NCBI RefSeq assembly: GCF_009834535.1
Contig: NC_045711.1
Location: 35,774,001 to 35,838,000 of the forward strand
DNA from: Camelus ferus
Lineage: Eukaryota
DNA length: 64,000 nt
Reading direction: 5' to 3'
The translations under genes and the position numbers were made by a program. This document shows, in pieces, positions 1 through 16,981 of the stretch (position 1 is the stretch's first letter; each line of letters begins with the position of its first letter). Under the pieces are notes generated by a model. That model was not told the origin of the DNA, searched no databases, and saw nothing but the letters and a program-made list of their open reading frames with translations.

Positions 1-408
1 TATATATGTGTCTATAGTAGAAAAGGAAGGAGAATCAGGAAAGACCATTTAAAAATATTATACCCCTTGCTAGCAACCTTCACATGCATCAAGACTAAGA
101 ACCTGAACATTTAATTAACATTAGCTATCTGAAAACTTTTCAAGAGCCCTTTTATTAGACAATTATGCTCTCAGCTTTTCTTCATCATGAGAGCTATGGT
201 CCCTTCCCACTGTGTGAACAGCTACAGGAAAAAATCAATACTGGAAGGTGATGGGCCACGTGTAAGGGAATGATACATCCTTTCTGGAAGAGCCAAAAGG
301 CTAGGTGATGACTCATCTCCATCACCTGGCTCCAGGTCTCAATTCTGGGTTCAATTCAAATTCTACTGGCCTTTGGCAAGGAACAGGGGGCTGAGGAGGA
401 GTAGGCAC

Positions 409-3800
<3,392 letters not shown>

Positions 3801-3959
3801 TGTTTAACTATTCACCTTGGGAGAGCTGGGCTGTCTTTCAGACGCCCAAGAGTGTGGTAGACATACTTGGAGGGGAAAGTGAGGAGGTAAACTTTATTGT
3901 ATTTCATTTTATGTTTTAAAGTTTCAGTTCTTAATTAGGGAAAGTCGAACATTTCAGAT

Positions 3960-4930
3960 ATTGAAACGTATTATAAAATTATAAAACTAAAACATTTTTG
4001 TCTTGGTGCAAGAATATCAGTGGAACAGAATAGAGTTCAAAAATAGACGAAGTACACAGGAAAATTTAATATGTGATAAAGCTAAGATTTCAAATCAGTG
4101 GGAAATGAACTATTTAATAAGTAATGAGTGGGACCAAAGAGCCATGTAAATGAATCTTCTACTTCACTGTTTACACCAAAAGAATTTCCAAGTTGATCAC
4201 AAATGTAAACGTCAAAAATACAATAATTAAAGGTAGTAGATGAAAGCATGAGTGAATATGAATGAATATTTTTATAATCTTGGAGTAAAGAGGGTCTGTC
4301 CAAGCATGTCATGAAAATCAGAAGCCAAAAGGAAAAGACTGAATTTTACTTCTTAGAAATTAAAACTTTCTGAGCTATCAAAAACACTAAAAATTTTTTA
4401 CGAAAGAAAAATATGGAAAATAATTGCAGCTCAGAAGACAGAAGGTAAATTTCCTTAACATACAGAAGTCTATTAAATCAGTAAAAATACAGATAGGCTG
4501 TTGATGAAATGGGCAAAGAATGAGAAAGCACCTCACACAAAAAAAATTGATTAAAAAATTAAAAAGTATTTCATTTCACTTGTAATTAATGGAAATCAAA
4601 CTTAAGCGAGGCAGCATTTCTCATTTTTGAGTTTGGTAAAGGCCAAACCAGTTGATAACATCCAGTATTGATTGAGGAGCATTTGGGTAACTGTGTGTAA
4701 ATTAGTATAATCTTTTGGGAAGTCAGTTTGGTAATGTCTATCAAAATTTTAAATGTTCGATTCTTTGATTCATAAAGTCTCTTTCTAGGAATTTTCCTAA
4801 AATTGCAAGTTATCAGATATACATGTACAAGAATGTTCATGGCTAAATTCCTTCAATAATAGGGATTGTTTAAATAAATTACCTTATTATTCATTCAGGA
4901 GATTACTACACAACCATTAAAAAGAATAAA
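3960..4930 (+). mobile_element. Ancient L1M ORF2-derived fragment
   Basis: A-rich, with L1 ORF2 motifs (tggaacagaatagag, caaatcagtgggaaa, caagaatgttcat); no intact ORF. Confidence 0.7.
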
Positions 4931-7294
4931 GCAAGGGAAAAAAAAGAATGAAATAAGTTGCTTTTTACATGGTTCGTTTGGCTACTTTGGAGAACGATCT
5001 GAAGAAGGGAAAAGATAGAAGCAGGGAGACCAGTTGGGAGGTTTTGTGTGAATTGAGGCAAGAGATGCTTGACAATTGAAATGAGAAAAGTTATAGGCAG
5101 TAAACATATGATTCCATTTGTACAAAAAATAACATGTAGTATATATTATGTGTTATGTGATATGAGATGCAGTGAGCTATGTCTTTCACTGGACCATGGG
5201 ACAGAGACTTTTGTGTCATAAAAGTTTGTGTTGTTAGGTTTTTTTTTTACGATAAGCCTATAATTCATTTACAACAAAATTAAACTTTTACAGAAAGATA
5301 ATATAACAATACAGGAAGTTAGGGCAACAGTGTCATGAAAATTACCCGTAGTCTCATCACACTATAATTTTTATTGTTTTCCATTACAATGTTTTTTCCC
5401 TATGTATTTTAACAAGGTAGTATTCATATTTGTAATCTACATATAATTTTTGTATCTTGGTTTTAAAATTTTACATTACATAATAAATATTTCCCCTGTT
5501 GTTACAGTTTTTGTGCTTGTCATTCTCATGACTGCATTACATTGCATCAAGTGCTCTACCTTACTGTGTTTCTTTGTTGCTGGAAATTTCCATTGCTTCC
5601 TGTTTTGGTGATTACAATAATGTTTCAATGAAGAGCTGACTGTTTCCTAATGGTAGAGCTTCATAATTGGGATTACTGAATTAAAAGAGTTTGGCTATTT
5701 CATGTCTCTTGATTAACATTAGCAATTATTTTCCAAAGCTGTTGTGCATAATTATATTCAGCCTCCAGTAATGTATGAGAGAGCCTGTTTCACGACGCCT
5801 TGGCCAGTATTAGGTATAATATAGTTGAAGAATGAGGGCAAAAAAATGGCACTTCCTTGTTATTTTTAGTTGACATCATTTGTTACTTGTAAATATTGAC
5901 TTGTAGTTCCTCTTTTGTGAAGTTTGTTTGTTCTTTTGCTCATTTATCTACTAGATTCTTAATATTTTTCTTAATATTTTTCATTAATTTGCATGAATGG
6001 TCTATTTAACTAAGGAGTTTTCCAGATGTGCAGATGTTTTAAATGTTTATGAAGTCAAATCTGCTTTTTCTTGATGACTTAAATTGCTCAGAAAATTGTT
6101 TCCAGTTCTAGAAGTGACTTTCTATTAGTATTTTAAATGTGTATGATCCTCCTATAATTAGTATCAGATATATTATGAGGGACTGGATTGATTTTCTCCT
6201 GGTATTGCTAATTAGAGGTAGACTTTACAACCCTTATTCCTCTTGGATCTTTCAGCTTGAGACCCCCCTCTAGAGGAGATGAGTGGAATCATCCCCAAAG
6301 AATTCTCACCTAGCCCTGTTGTAGCAGGTTCATAGTCCTAAATTTCTTCCTGTGTGGCTGCCATTAACGCCATCTCAGAAAGGCGTAGAGATGTAAAGGG
6401 CTTCTAGAGAGGTAGGACTTAACAGAGATGACAACTTTGGGTTTGGAAGTCTAGACTGCCTGGGTTCAAAACCTATCTTTGTCATTCACCAACTCTGACT
6501 TTGAGCAAGTTATTTAACCGCTCTGTACCTTGTTTTCTTATTTATAAAATGAGAATAATAGTATACATCACAGAGGGTAGTGTGATGATTAAATGAGCTA
6601 ATAATAGGAAGCACAAGGAGTAACGTCTGGCACATAATAAACTCTTTTTGTGCTCTACTGCTGCTTGGAGAATGTGTGACGGTCAGTATCTGTAGTGCCT
6701 GAGAGATTGTGCGTGGTCAGCAGCAGCATACCATAGGTCATCAATTCAACAAATATTTGAACAACATCCTGACAACACTTTTGATTTCAGACTTGTCCTC
6801 TCCCGAGTTATGAGACAATTCATTACCCTTGTTATAAGTCACCCAGTTTGTGGTACTTTGTTATAGCAGCAAAACAAAATAGTAGGTATGCTAGGGAAAA
6901 TAAAAGGAGGATGATGTGATAGAGAATAAGAGGGGGCAAGGGTGGGTGGAGTTCCTTCAACTAGGGGATTCAGGTGGGCTTCTGTCAACTACGAAACCGT
7001 CAAGTGTGTTAAGCAGACAAGAGACATGATCTTGCTGGTTTTTTAAAAAAACTGTTTACTGAAGTATAAAATACATAGAGAAAAGGACATAAATCATGAG
7101 TGTCCAGCTCAATGAATTTTCACAAATGAACACACCGGCATAACCAGCACTCAACTCCCCTCCCTCTTGCCACCATCCAGTTGCTACTCATCTCAAGGGT
7201 AAACAGTATCTTCTAACACTACAGATTAGTTCGACTGTTTTTGAATTTCATGTAAATGGACTCATACAGTATATACTTTTTGTTGTTGTTTCCT

Positions 7295-7441
7295 TTTTTT
7301 TTTTTGCTTTTTAAATTTAAATTTTGTTTTTGTTTTGGGGGGTAATTAGGTTTATTTAAATTTTTAAATGGAGATACTGGGGGCTGAACCCAGGACCTCG
7401 TGCATGCTAAGCGCATACTCTACCACTGAGCTGTCCTCCCC
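7295..7441 (-). mobile_element. tRNA-Ala-derived SINE (camelid type) nested in an old L1
   Basis: Reverse complement gives GGGAGGACAGCTCAGTGGTAGAGTATGCGCTTAGCATGCACGAGGTCCTGGGTTCAG plus the AATAAACCTAATTACC tail. Confidence 0.85.
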
Positions 7442-7759
7442 TAGTATGTACTCTTTTGTGTCTGATTTCTTTTACTCAGTATTATGTTTGTGAGATTCAT
7501 CCATCTTGTTCATCCGTTCTCAATAATGTGCAGTATTCTTTTGGGTGAATAAATTTAGTAATGTATCCTACTGTTGAGAGACTTTTGGGTAATTTCCAGT
7601 TGGGGCTATTGTGGCTAGTACTATGAACGTTCTTGTTTATGTGTTTTGGTGAATATATTTATGTGTTTCTGTTAGGTATGTTCCTAGAGATGGGATTTCT
7701 GAGACATATATATTTATTCAGCTTTAGTAGATACTGCCATAACTATGGTTGCCATATTA

Positions 7760-8660
7760 GAAGGTAATTTTGGGTGCTGAGTAGAAAATAGATGTAGGGG
7801 AGGGTGGCAAGAGTGAAAATGGAGACCAAGTACGAGTCAATTGTAAGAGTCCTGGCAAAGGATTACAATGGCTTTGACTAGGAGAACAAGTGAGGAGACG
7901 GAGAAAAAAATACAAATACGGAGTTCATTATACAGATAAAGCTGACAGGACCTACTGATGGATTGGATGTGGGAGATGAGAGAAAGACTGGACTCAGGGT
8001 TGATGGTTAGGTGTTTGGTTTGAACAGCTAGGTAGACAGTTGTGTCAGTTACTGAGACGGGGAAGAGCAGTAAAGTAACAAGTGTGCGGGAGAATCAAAA
8101 GCTTTGGTTTGCTCCCATTAAGTTTGAGATGCCAATTAGCTATCTAAGTAGAGATGTCAAATACACAGTTGGTGCTCAGTGAAGCTGTCAGGACTGGAGA
8201 TTAAAATTTAGGGCCATCAGCATACATATGGTATTTAAAGTCATGAATATGGGTAATACTTCTTAGGGAGAAGGAGCTAGCAGGGGAAATGAAGTCACCA
8301 TAGAGGCTGGAGGAAAACTGGAAGAACAGCTTGCCCTCTGTGTTTTAAAATGGGGAATGGCTAACGTGTTGAGTACCACTTAGAGGTTCGAGTAAGATGA
8401 AGAGAGGTGACTACCGGTGTCATCAACATGGAAATCATAAGTAACCTAATAAGAAGTATCTAGTCAGGATGTAGGGTGAGAAAGCCATTTTGGAGTGAAT
8501 TGGAGTAAATGGGAGATGAGGAAGTAGGTTAAGAGACAATAATATTGTTCAAGAATTCTTGCCATGAAGAGCACAGAAACTGAGAGATATTCAGAGAGGA
8601 ACCTGAGTTCAAGAGAGGGTTTTTCTCAAGATGGAAGATATTTGTTATGTTTGGAAATCA
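7760..8660 (-). mobile_element. L2 relic
   Basis: Purine-rich L2 antisense pattern (gatggattggatgtgggagatgag...ttaagtttgagatgcc). Confidence 0.65.
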
Positions 8661-8683
8661 TTCAGCAAAGAAGGGTAAATGTA

Positions 8684-8903
8684 TTCAAAATTTGTAGATA
8701 CTGACAGGCATATGTAGAATAGATAAACAAGATTATACTGTATAGCACAGGGAAATATATGCAAGATCTTGTGGTGGCTCACAGGGAAAAAATGTGACAA
8801 TCAATATATGTATGTTCATGTATAACTGAAAAATTGTGCTCTACACTGGAATTTGACACATTTTAAAATGACTATAACTCGATAAAAAATGTTAAAAAAA
8901 AAA
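8684..8903 (+). mobile_element. 5'-truncated L1 3' end (camelid-type tail) with polyA and 16-bp TSD
   Basis: AAGAAG(G/A)GTAAATGTA at 8668-8683 and 8904-8919; A-rich tail. Confidence 0.8.
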
Positions 8904-10610
8904 AAGAAGAGTAAATGTAATATAGAAAAAAGAATGAAGAATCACTGGAGCACAGACCTTGAGAAAATGAAAGGGAATGGGATCCAACACACACAAGGAA
9001 GAGTTGGTTTTTGATGGGAACAGGAGTGTTTCCTTCAATGAAAGAGAAAAGGTAGAGTCTTTACAGGTTGGCAAATGAAGTTGTCATTTTCTTCTATTTT
9101 CCCAATCAAGAATGAGCCAAGACAATAAGTTGGGGGCTGGAGGGGAGGGATATTGGAGGTTTAGGAAGATGAGAACATATGACAGTCGTTTGGAGTGTGG
9201 GAGAGGAGCCTTGTCAGGAGCATGTAGTAGGATCACAGGCAGTGTTGTGCATCCATTTGAGTCTTGTGAACTTGAATTTAAAGTGAGACCAGTCATCAGT
9301 GATCACGTTTGATTCATAAGTACCCAGGAATGCATAGAGATTGTTAAATATAGTGGTGCCCTCAGCAGTTGTTCCCTGAATAAACAAATGAGTGGACATC
9401 ACAGAATACATTTGAATAAGGGAGGAGGAAGGGAAATAAAAAAAGGAGTGTGTATGTCTTCTTACAACTTACTTGAAGAAGACGAAACTAAATTATTTGA
9501 GCACAAAGCCGTATTTCAACAACAAGCACAAACATACTACATTTTCAAGTTGAAGCTATTAATTCTGAAAGAAATGCAGGGAAATGACACACTTAAGATA
9601 GGATACAGTTAATATGGGAAAGCATTTCTGAACTTAAGTTCCAGATCAGAGTTCAAAAGTTACTAGGGATAAATGTTAACAGAAAGCTGAGGTAAATGGG
9701 GGAAAACTGTTAGATGTTAATAAGGAAGATGGGTAGTACAGGCTATGTTGTATGTGGCCTTTAATAAGTGGAAAAGGACTTTGAAAGTGGGAGGTTAACA
9801 ATATAAACTAATTATATGGTTTAAGGAGTAACCTCCTCATGATATGTGCTAATAGGTAGCTTATCTGATCATGACTACTGTTTATCTAGTGCCTGCCTTG
9901 TGTCCAGGCACTGTGCTAGTTCTTTTACCTATATGTGATTTTCAGTATTCATAAGAACCATACAAAATTACATACTATTTATTAATAATAATTAAAATTC
10001 CATTTTACAGATGAGAGAATTGAGACTCAGCATTTTAGTAATTTTCCTAAGATATCCCAGTTAGTAAAGAGCTGAGGTGGGATCTAAAGCCAGGTTTCCC
10101 TGATTCTAACAGCCATAGTCAGCCACACTTCATTTAACTGTAGTATTCCCACCATCTCCCTTGTTCTTAACACAGAGATGTGCCCAGGATAAAATGTAAG
10201 TCAGATGACCTGCCTTTGCACTTAATTCAAATTATTTCCTAACAAGCTTCCCCACCCCACTCCCACCATGCCCCCACCCTCAGCTCACTAACTAGTCTTT
10301 CAAAGCCTCTTTCCTTCCCCAAGGCATTTGCCCGTGCTGCACCCATACCTTTGAAGGCTCTTCTCACTCTTCCCAAGGTAACCCCTTTACACCCTTTAGA
10401 TTTTAGCATAATTGTCACTTCATCTGAGAGGCCTTTCTTGGCCGTTTTATCTAAAATAGACAGACCTCTGGTATTCTCTAGGTCGTTTTTTCCCTAACAT
10501 TTGTCAATCTTTGCAATTATGTTGTCAATTTACTTTCTAGTCTCTTTCTCCAGTAGTAAGTCCCATGAGACCAGAGAACTTGAGTCGTGTTTACTTTTAA
10601 CTTCCCAGAA

Positions 10611-10887
10611 CTGTGCTGTTCAAAACAGGAGCCACTAGCCACATATGGTTACTAAGTACTGCAAATATGGCTCCTCTGAATTGAGATGCGCAAGTAAGTG
10701 CAAAATTCATAATGGATTTCGAAGACTTGGTGTGAGAAAATAATGTACAAGAGCTCATTAATATTTTTTATATTAATTACATGAAGAAATGATATTTGGA
10801 TAAATTGCGTTAAATGATTAAAACTAATTTCACTTTTTAACGTGGATACCAGATTTTAACTTACGAAATGACTCATTATATTTCTAG
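10611..10887. mobile_element. MER33-like hAT relic
   Basis: agccactagccacat...gaattgagatg...ggatttcgaagactt matches the recalled MER33 consensus. Confidence 0.75.
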
Positions 10888-11149
10888 CCTCTGGGACACT
10901 GTCCCAGAGCTTGGTCCATTTTATTGAGTGAAATTACAAATGTTAAGAGACAGACAGAATGAGTGAGTTAAGAGATGCAGCCTCTGCCAATGGATACAGC
11001 ATTGTCCTGTAAGTCAGGAGTCTTGAGTTCTGGTCTTGGATTTACTGGAAACACTCACTGTGTGGCCTCGGACAAGCACTACCCGACTCAGGCATCAATT
11101 TGCCCATCCTATCAGGCAGTTGATCTCTGAGATCTCGAAGTGTATGAGA

Positions 11150-12250
11150 ATAAGCGGCTAAGTGGCAGAGAAAGGTGGGGAAGCCTGGTACAATAGGACT
11201 TCTATTTGGCTTCGCTCAAGGAGTGGAGGCAGCAGGAATCACAGAGTAGGCGCCCGGAACCCAGCGCTGGGACCGCCGGCTTCTTCAGGCCGACGTCACT
11301 GGGGCGCGACGGCGTCGTTAGCCAGGTCCCCGCTCGAAGGGGCAGCGGCTCCGAACGTCCCTTCGGTGAAGGCGAGTGCCGGTATAACAGAGAAGCAAAC
11401 AGTCCCTTGGAGGCTCACATCCCACCAAACTAACCTCCGCCGCTCTCCCTCTCACTTAAGCCTTATCTGGCACAGGAGCCGGGAGTTAAGAGCCAGACAC
11501 CGAGCGTCAAAAGCCGAACCGCAGCCCTCAACGCGCCTGCGCAGGGTACGCGCTCATCCTCGCCGGAGTCCCGGCGATTGGCTGTGACGTAACTTCCGGC
11601 GTGAGCGGCGAAAGCCGGGAGGGCGAGCGAGAGAGAGCAAGCAGGCAGCAGGCAGCAGGTAGCGGGCGGTCGGACGGGCGGTACGAAGGGAGGGAGCGAG
11701 CGAGCAGCGAGTGAGCCAGCGAGGGCAGCCGCGTCCCGAGAGCAACCGAGATTCCTCCCGTCCTTCTGACCCCCTTCCCGGAGCCCACAGCGCCTCCGGT
11801 CTCCAGCGGAACGGACACGGCCCGGCCCGGCCATGGCCTCGTTGCTGAAGGTGGATCAGGAAGTGAAGCTCAAGGTAGCAGCACCGGTCCGGCCTTCCTT
11901 ACCCCTCGCTTCTATTCCCGAGCTCTCTGATCGGTTGCCGACTCCCCGTGGCGTCTTTGTCTCCCTGGGTACACCAGCCTTGAGCTTCCGTTCAGCTCAT
12001 CCCAGCCCCCAACTCCCGGAGACGGCATCGGGGGAGAGGATGACATGGGGGTGGCCTTCTGTACCGCGTCTGATGGTGGAGAGCCCAGGGGAGACTTCTG
12101 CGGACACGTGGTGGACTCAGTGCTTTAGACCAGCAACAGCTGGAAGTCCCCCAGCCCAGCAACGTCCCAGCCTCCGGACGCTGCTACTGCCCCTGCCCTT
12201 AGCGTAGGGCCTGCCTCGTATCTTAGGCCAGGTTTGGATGGAGGTTGACA
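11150..12250. promoter_or_regulatory. CpG-island promoter of PSME3 (inverted CCAAT 11577-11581, TGACGTAA 11585-11592, ETS ACTTCCGG 11592-11599)
   Basis: CpG-rich segment surrounding the PSME3 ATG; motifs read directly. Confidence 0.8.
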
Positions 12251-15200
12251 ACGTTTATGAGCTCACGCACTCCCCGCCCCCACATCTACCTGTCTTTTGT
12301 CTATGCTCAAATTCAGACAGCTTCAGACACAGGGAGGGAGGGAGGGAGGAAAGGAAGACAGGCGGGTGCTGCCCTCAAGCCCCGCTTGCCTCCCTCTCCT
12401 GAGATGGAGAAATGGATCCTAAAAAAAATTAAGTATTTGCAGTCTGGGGGCCTCTCTGCTTCTCATTACAATTACAAAGTAAGGGAAAGACAGCTGGATT
12501 TGGGGTTCCCCATCTTGCCCTTACTTCTGTTGCCAGGTACTGACTTGCACTTACTGAATTGTTTTCTTTGTTAATTTTAGGTTGATTCTTTCAGGGAGCG
12601 GATCACAAGTGAGGTGAGTGAAATAAACATAAAAATGAGCGTTGGTTAATACTTGGGAGTTCCCCAGAGAAGAAATACCTGTAGAGACAGACTTTCCCAC
12701 AATTACTAATTCAGCTGTATTTACCCTCATCTTTAGGCAGAAGACTTGGTGGCAAATTTTTTCCCAAAGAAATTGTTAGAACTTGATAGTTTTTTGAAGG
12801 TGAGAGACCCTTTTCTTTTCCTCAAATTCCCCAATTTTTTTGGCCCTGATCTTTCTGTCAAATGGGACAAATCACGTGTTGATTGTATTTTGTTTTGTAA
12901 TGTGAAGCACTTTCATTTCTTGCCCTTCAAATGAAATACTTCTTTGTTCCTCTTGAAAAGACTAATGTTTTTGGGGTGGGCGTCTCTCTTACAGGAACCA
13001 ATCCTAAACATCCATGACCTAACTCAGATCCACTCAGACATGAATCTCCCAGTCCCTGACCCCATTCTTCTCACCAATAGCCATGATGGACTGGACGGTG
13101 TAAGTGTCCTCTATTTATCTTTGTGTTTTGAAGCAATAGGTCCTCTATTTCTTGGTCAGTTTGAACAGTTACAGAGGGAACAGTGGGATTTGGATCTGAG
13201 AATGAGGGTTCTTATAGACATTAGGACTCCGGTACACTCCCTTTAGACCCTGATTTTCATTTATAGAATGAGGTGAATATGTTAATACTACTCTGTTAGA
13301 ATGAGTTTAAAATAGAACTGATACAGGTTCCCTCAGGTTATCTGGTCTGTCCACATGGCTCTAAGCAAGGCTTTTCTCACCTGTTTCAATGTCTTGAGTC
13401 TTGTTACGGGATGAACAGTTCTTGTTGTATAACTCCAGTGCCTATCTTTGTGTATCTTTAGCACTCAGTCTTCATCAGTTATATGTCCACATTCTGTTAT
13501 AACATTGATTATACTTTTGTTTCATTGATAGAACTTGCATTTCTGGAAAGCAGAAACTGTCTTGTCTTTTCCTTGTTATCTCCAGCACCTAGCATTGTTC
13601 CTAGTAAAGAGCAGGTGCTGAACACATGTTTATTGATTGAATATTCTGTTTCTTTGCTAAACCAGCAGATTTGAATATAGTCCCTTAATTATCCTCACTC
13701 TGCATTGAATGGTTCATTTTTCCTATTGTTTATAATATCCTCCACTGCCTCTAATTGTTTAATGTGTTATATTTCTTGAAAGGTTGGTCTTCCCAACTAG
13801 AGTGTAAGTTGCTTTGTGGCAAGAACCTTTTGTTAAAGCCTTGTATGTGCTTAAGAAATAGTGCATAAGTTAATAAGACAACATATGGGGTCGAAGAACG
13901 GATTAGACTTGCTTGAAGGGTAACTTGTGATGGGGATGTCGATGCTGAGCAGGGTAATTCCTATTTGCGTCCTTAGCCCACTTACAAGAAGCGAAGGTTG
14001 GATGAATGCGAAGAGGCCTTCCAAGGTAAGAGCTATCCCCACTATCCCCCACCCTGACCTTTCCTGACTTGCAGCCCTGAGACACAGTATGGATCTTGTG
14101 TTCTCCTTGCCAGGAAGCAGGATCTAATTTTATTTCCCAGAGTTAGCATTCCCAAGTCCTCCAGTCATGGTCATTATTTAGCACTCTAAACCTAATTTTC
14201 CAATTAACGGAGGGTTTAACTTGTGTGGACTGCCAAGGGAGGGTGGTTGGCATTGGCTACACATCAGATTTTTCACAGAAGCCCCAGTTTCATGTCATTT
14301 TTTACTATTCAAAAATAGTTGGTACATTACCTCTGTAGATCATATTTTAATTTCCTTATTCTTCAGACAGACTTTTGGGATACTTCAGACACTCAAATGT
14401 TAATCTATATATTCTCCCTTTTTGATTGTTAGTGATTTATAGGTAGGGTTATGATAGATAAAAGGCAGAGGTCACAGCAACTCATAGGTCTGAGGAAGAG
14501 AGGTGGGGAGTGCTATATTCTGCTACCTGCCCCCCACCCCGAAATCATTTGACCTTCTTCACGTCCCCACAAGGAACTAAGGTGTTCGTGATGCCCAATG
14601 GGATGCTGAAAAGCAACCAGCAGCTGGTGGACATTATTGAGAAAGTGAAGCCTGAGATCCGACTGCTGATCGAGAAATGCAATACGGTAAGGCAGGGACT
14701 AGTGACCTATGGGTTGACTCCAGATAGCCTGCTTGAACTACAAAGAATGACAGATGTGGGGCTGGAGGCATGGAGTGGATGTGGAAGTTGGCAGGCTAAG
14801 TATTTTGGCTCCTGTACCCGTGGCATCTGGCCCTAGCAGCATGAATTGTATACTTCGTGGCTTCAGCAGAAAAGGCCATGGTCCTCATATATATATATAT
14901 ATTGGTCCCCTCATCCTCCAGGTCAAAATGTGGGTACAGCTCCTGATTCCTAGGATAGAAGATGGGAACAACTTTGGGGTGTCCATTCAGGTAATGTGCC
15001 TGCATTAGAAACTGTGGAAGGTTTGGGAGATAATCTCATCTCCCATGTTCTATTTTCCCTTTCTCTTTGGTCTGCTGTGCAATAACGTGAAAGTGACTTT
15101 TGACTTACTTGTTTTTTTCAGGAGGAGACAGTTGCAGAACTAAGAACTGTTGAGAGTGAAGCTGCATCTTATCTGGACCAGATTTCTAGGTAGGACTGTT

Positions 15201-15555
15201 GGGCCTGGCTCAGGAATTGGGGGCTGGTGAGGTGGTAAGCACTGCCAGGGGTCCCCTGCAGCTTCCTCCTCTTCTCTCTCCTTCCAGATATTATATTACA
15301 AGAGCCAAATTGGTTTCTAAAATAGCTAAATATCCCCATGTGGTAAGTAAGGGTTTTGTGGCCTGAGGGTGGAAGTGGTAGGGCAGGGAGGAGTGACTGT
15401 TCCTGGGAAGAGCTGTGTGGGGACAGTCAGAACACGGGGACGAGTCTTTTCTCTGCCCCTCCTCTCAGGAGGACTATCGCCGCACAGTGACAGAGATTGA
15501 TGAGAAAGAATATATCAGCCTTCGGCTCATCATATCAGAGCTAAGGAATCAATAT
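11833..15555 (+). CDS. PSME3: Proteasome activator PA28-gamma, exons 1-10 (11833-11874, 12581-12613, 12737-12799, 12995-13099, 13977-14025, 14574-14686, 14922-14990, 15122-15189, 15288-15342, 15469-15555); final coding exon falls in the N gap
   Basis: Spliced translation MASLLKVDQEVKLK/VDSFRERITSE/AEDLVANFFPKKLLELDSFLK/EPILNIHDLTQIHSDMNLPVPDPILLTNSHDGLDG/PTYKKRRLDECEEAFQ/...VKMWVQLLIPRIEDGNNFGVSIQ/...EDYRRTVTEIDEKEYISLRLIISELRNQY; 684 nt = 228 codons; all GT/AG. Confidence 0.97.
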
Positions 15556-16177
15556 GTAAGTAACCTTGGTCCCTGCCTGCAGTTACTCTGGCTTCTCTTA
15601 GTTCTGGTAATCATTTTCTTGCCACTCTGTGGGTCGAGACAGAGTGTGGTGGTAAAATGAGCGGAACAAATTCTGCCCATCAACTGAGTGTTGAGAACTA
15701 TGAGATCATTGAAGGTACCTAGGCGGGTATCTCCTTTCTTTCTACCTGGATGGGAGGGAGTGCAGTACAGTATAGGGGTGAAGGTGTGGGTGTCAGACTT
15801 AGGTTTAGAACCAACTCTACCTGTAATGTGGCTTTGGGCAAGTTTAATCTCAAACTTCAGTTTCTTCATCTCTAAAATGGAACTTAAGAGTAGCACAAAG
15901 ATTGGTTTTTAAAAATGAGTGAGATAACATATGAGGGGACCCAGTGCAATTTTTTAATGTTAAGTGCTTAATAAATGTTAATTATTAGACACTTGGGTCT
16001 GGAAGATACCCAGGTGCACTCAGATTTGGGGTATAAGAGGCAGGAAGGCAGCCACCCTTAATTCAAGTTCAGGTGAATGAGATCAGGGTTATGTGGATAA
16101 TTGCTTGGGGATTCATGGGGATGTCTCATTTCCCTAGCAAGGTAGGGGTAGAACAGATGTGTGATTCTCTGATCCTT

Positions 16178-16471
16178 NNNNNNNNNNNNNNNNNNNNNNN
16201 NNNNNNNNNNNNNNNNNNNNNNNNNNNNNNNNNNNNNNNNNNNNNNNNNNNNNNNNNNNNNNNNNNNNNNNNNNNNNNNNNNNNNNNNNNNNNNNNNNNN
16301 NNNNNNNNNNNNNNNNNNNNNNNNNNNNNNNNNNNNNNNNNNNNNNNNNNNNNNNNNNNNNNNNNNNNNNNNNNNNNNNNNNNNNNNNNNNNNNNNNNNN
16401 NNNNNNNNNNNNNNNNNNNNNNNNNNNNNNNNNNNNNNNNNNNNNNNNNNNNNNNNNNNNNNNNNNNNNNN
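16178..16471. other. Assembly gap (294 N), expected to contain the last PSME3 coding exon
   Basis: Run of N. Preceded by a pyrimidine-rich acceptor-like stretch and followed by 3'UTR-like sequence; the PSME3 C-terminal codons are found nowhere else in the window. Confidence 0.9.
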
Positions 16472-16911
16472 CCTCCCCTAACACCCCACGCCCCACCTGC
16501 CCTAATTTCTGGAAAACTCCAGGTTTGTGTGTGCAGGATGTTGGCACAAGAATACTTGTGTTTTCTCTCCCGCCTCCCTCCTGTGTCTTGGGCTTTGTGT
16601 TTTCTTCCTTTTGGTGATTAGTTGGTTAGAAGCTGAGGGAACTGGAGGGAAAGTACTAGATGTTTTGTAGGAACTGGAGCGGGGTTGGGGGGGACCAGCT
16701 CCTCTCTTCTTCATGAAAGTTTAGTGTCTCTTGCACTGTGGGACATTGGATCCTTCCTGCCACAGTTGCCCTGGTGGTCGCTTAGGGTTCCCCATCTACA
16801 TACGTTCCACCTTGACCCTGATAATGACAAGAAACACCTTAGACCTTTGGCCAAGTCTCTAGCTCCTTCAGAAGTTTTTATAATGCATTTTCACATACAC
16901 ATATATGTGTC

Positions 16912-16913
<2 letters not shown>

Positions 16914-16979
<66 letters not shown>
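16914..16979. repeat. (CA)n microsatellite in the PSME3 3'UTR region
   Basis: About 33 CA units with one TA interruption. Confidence 0.95.

Positions 16980-16981
<2 letters not shown>

Noticed and set aside
7369-7441. tRNA-Ala-like sequences (also near 22650, 40630, 45560, 50875, 51245, 60160)
   Set aside because: They have SINE tails, TSDs and stem-breaking substitutions; these are SINE heads, not tRNA genes.
11162-12207. Several 75-141 aa ORFs in the PSME3 CpG island (and 3159-3772 at BECN1)
   Set aside because: Stop-poor GC-rich DNA; only 11833-11874 is supported by homology and a splice donor.
16073-16621. ORFs spanning the N run
   Set aside because: Artefacts of the assembly gap.
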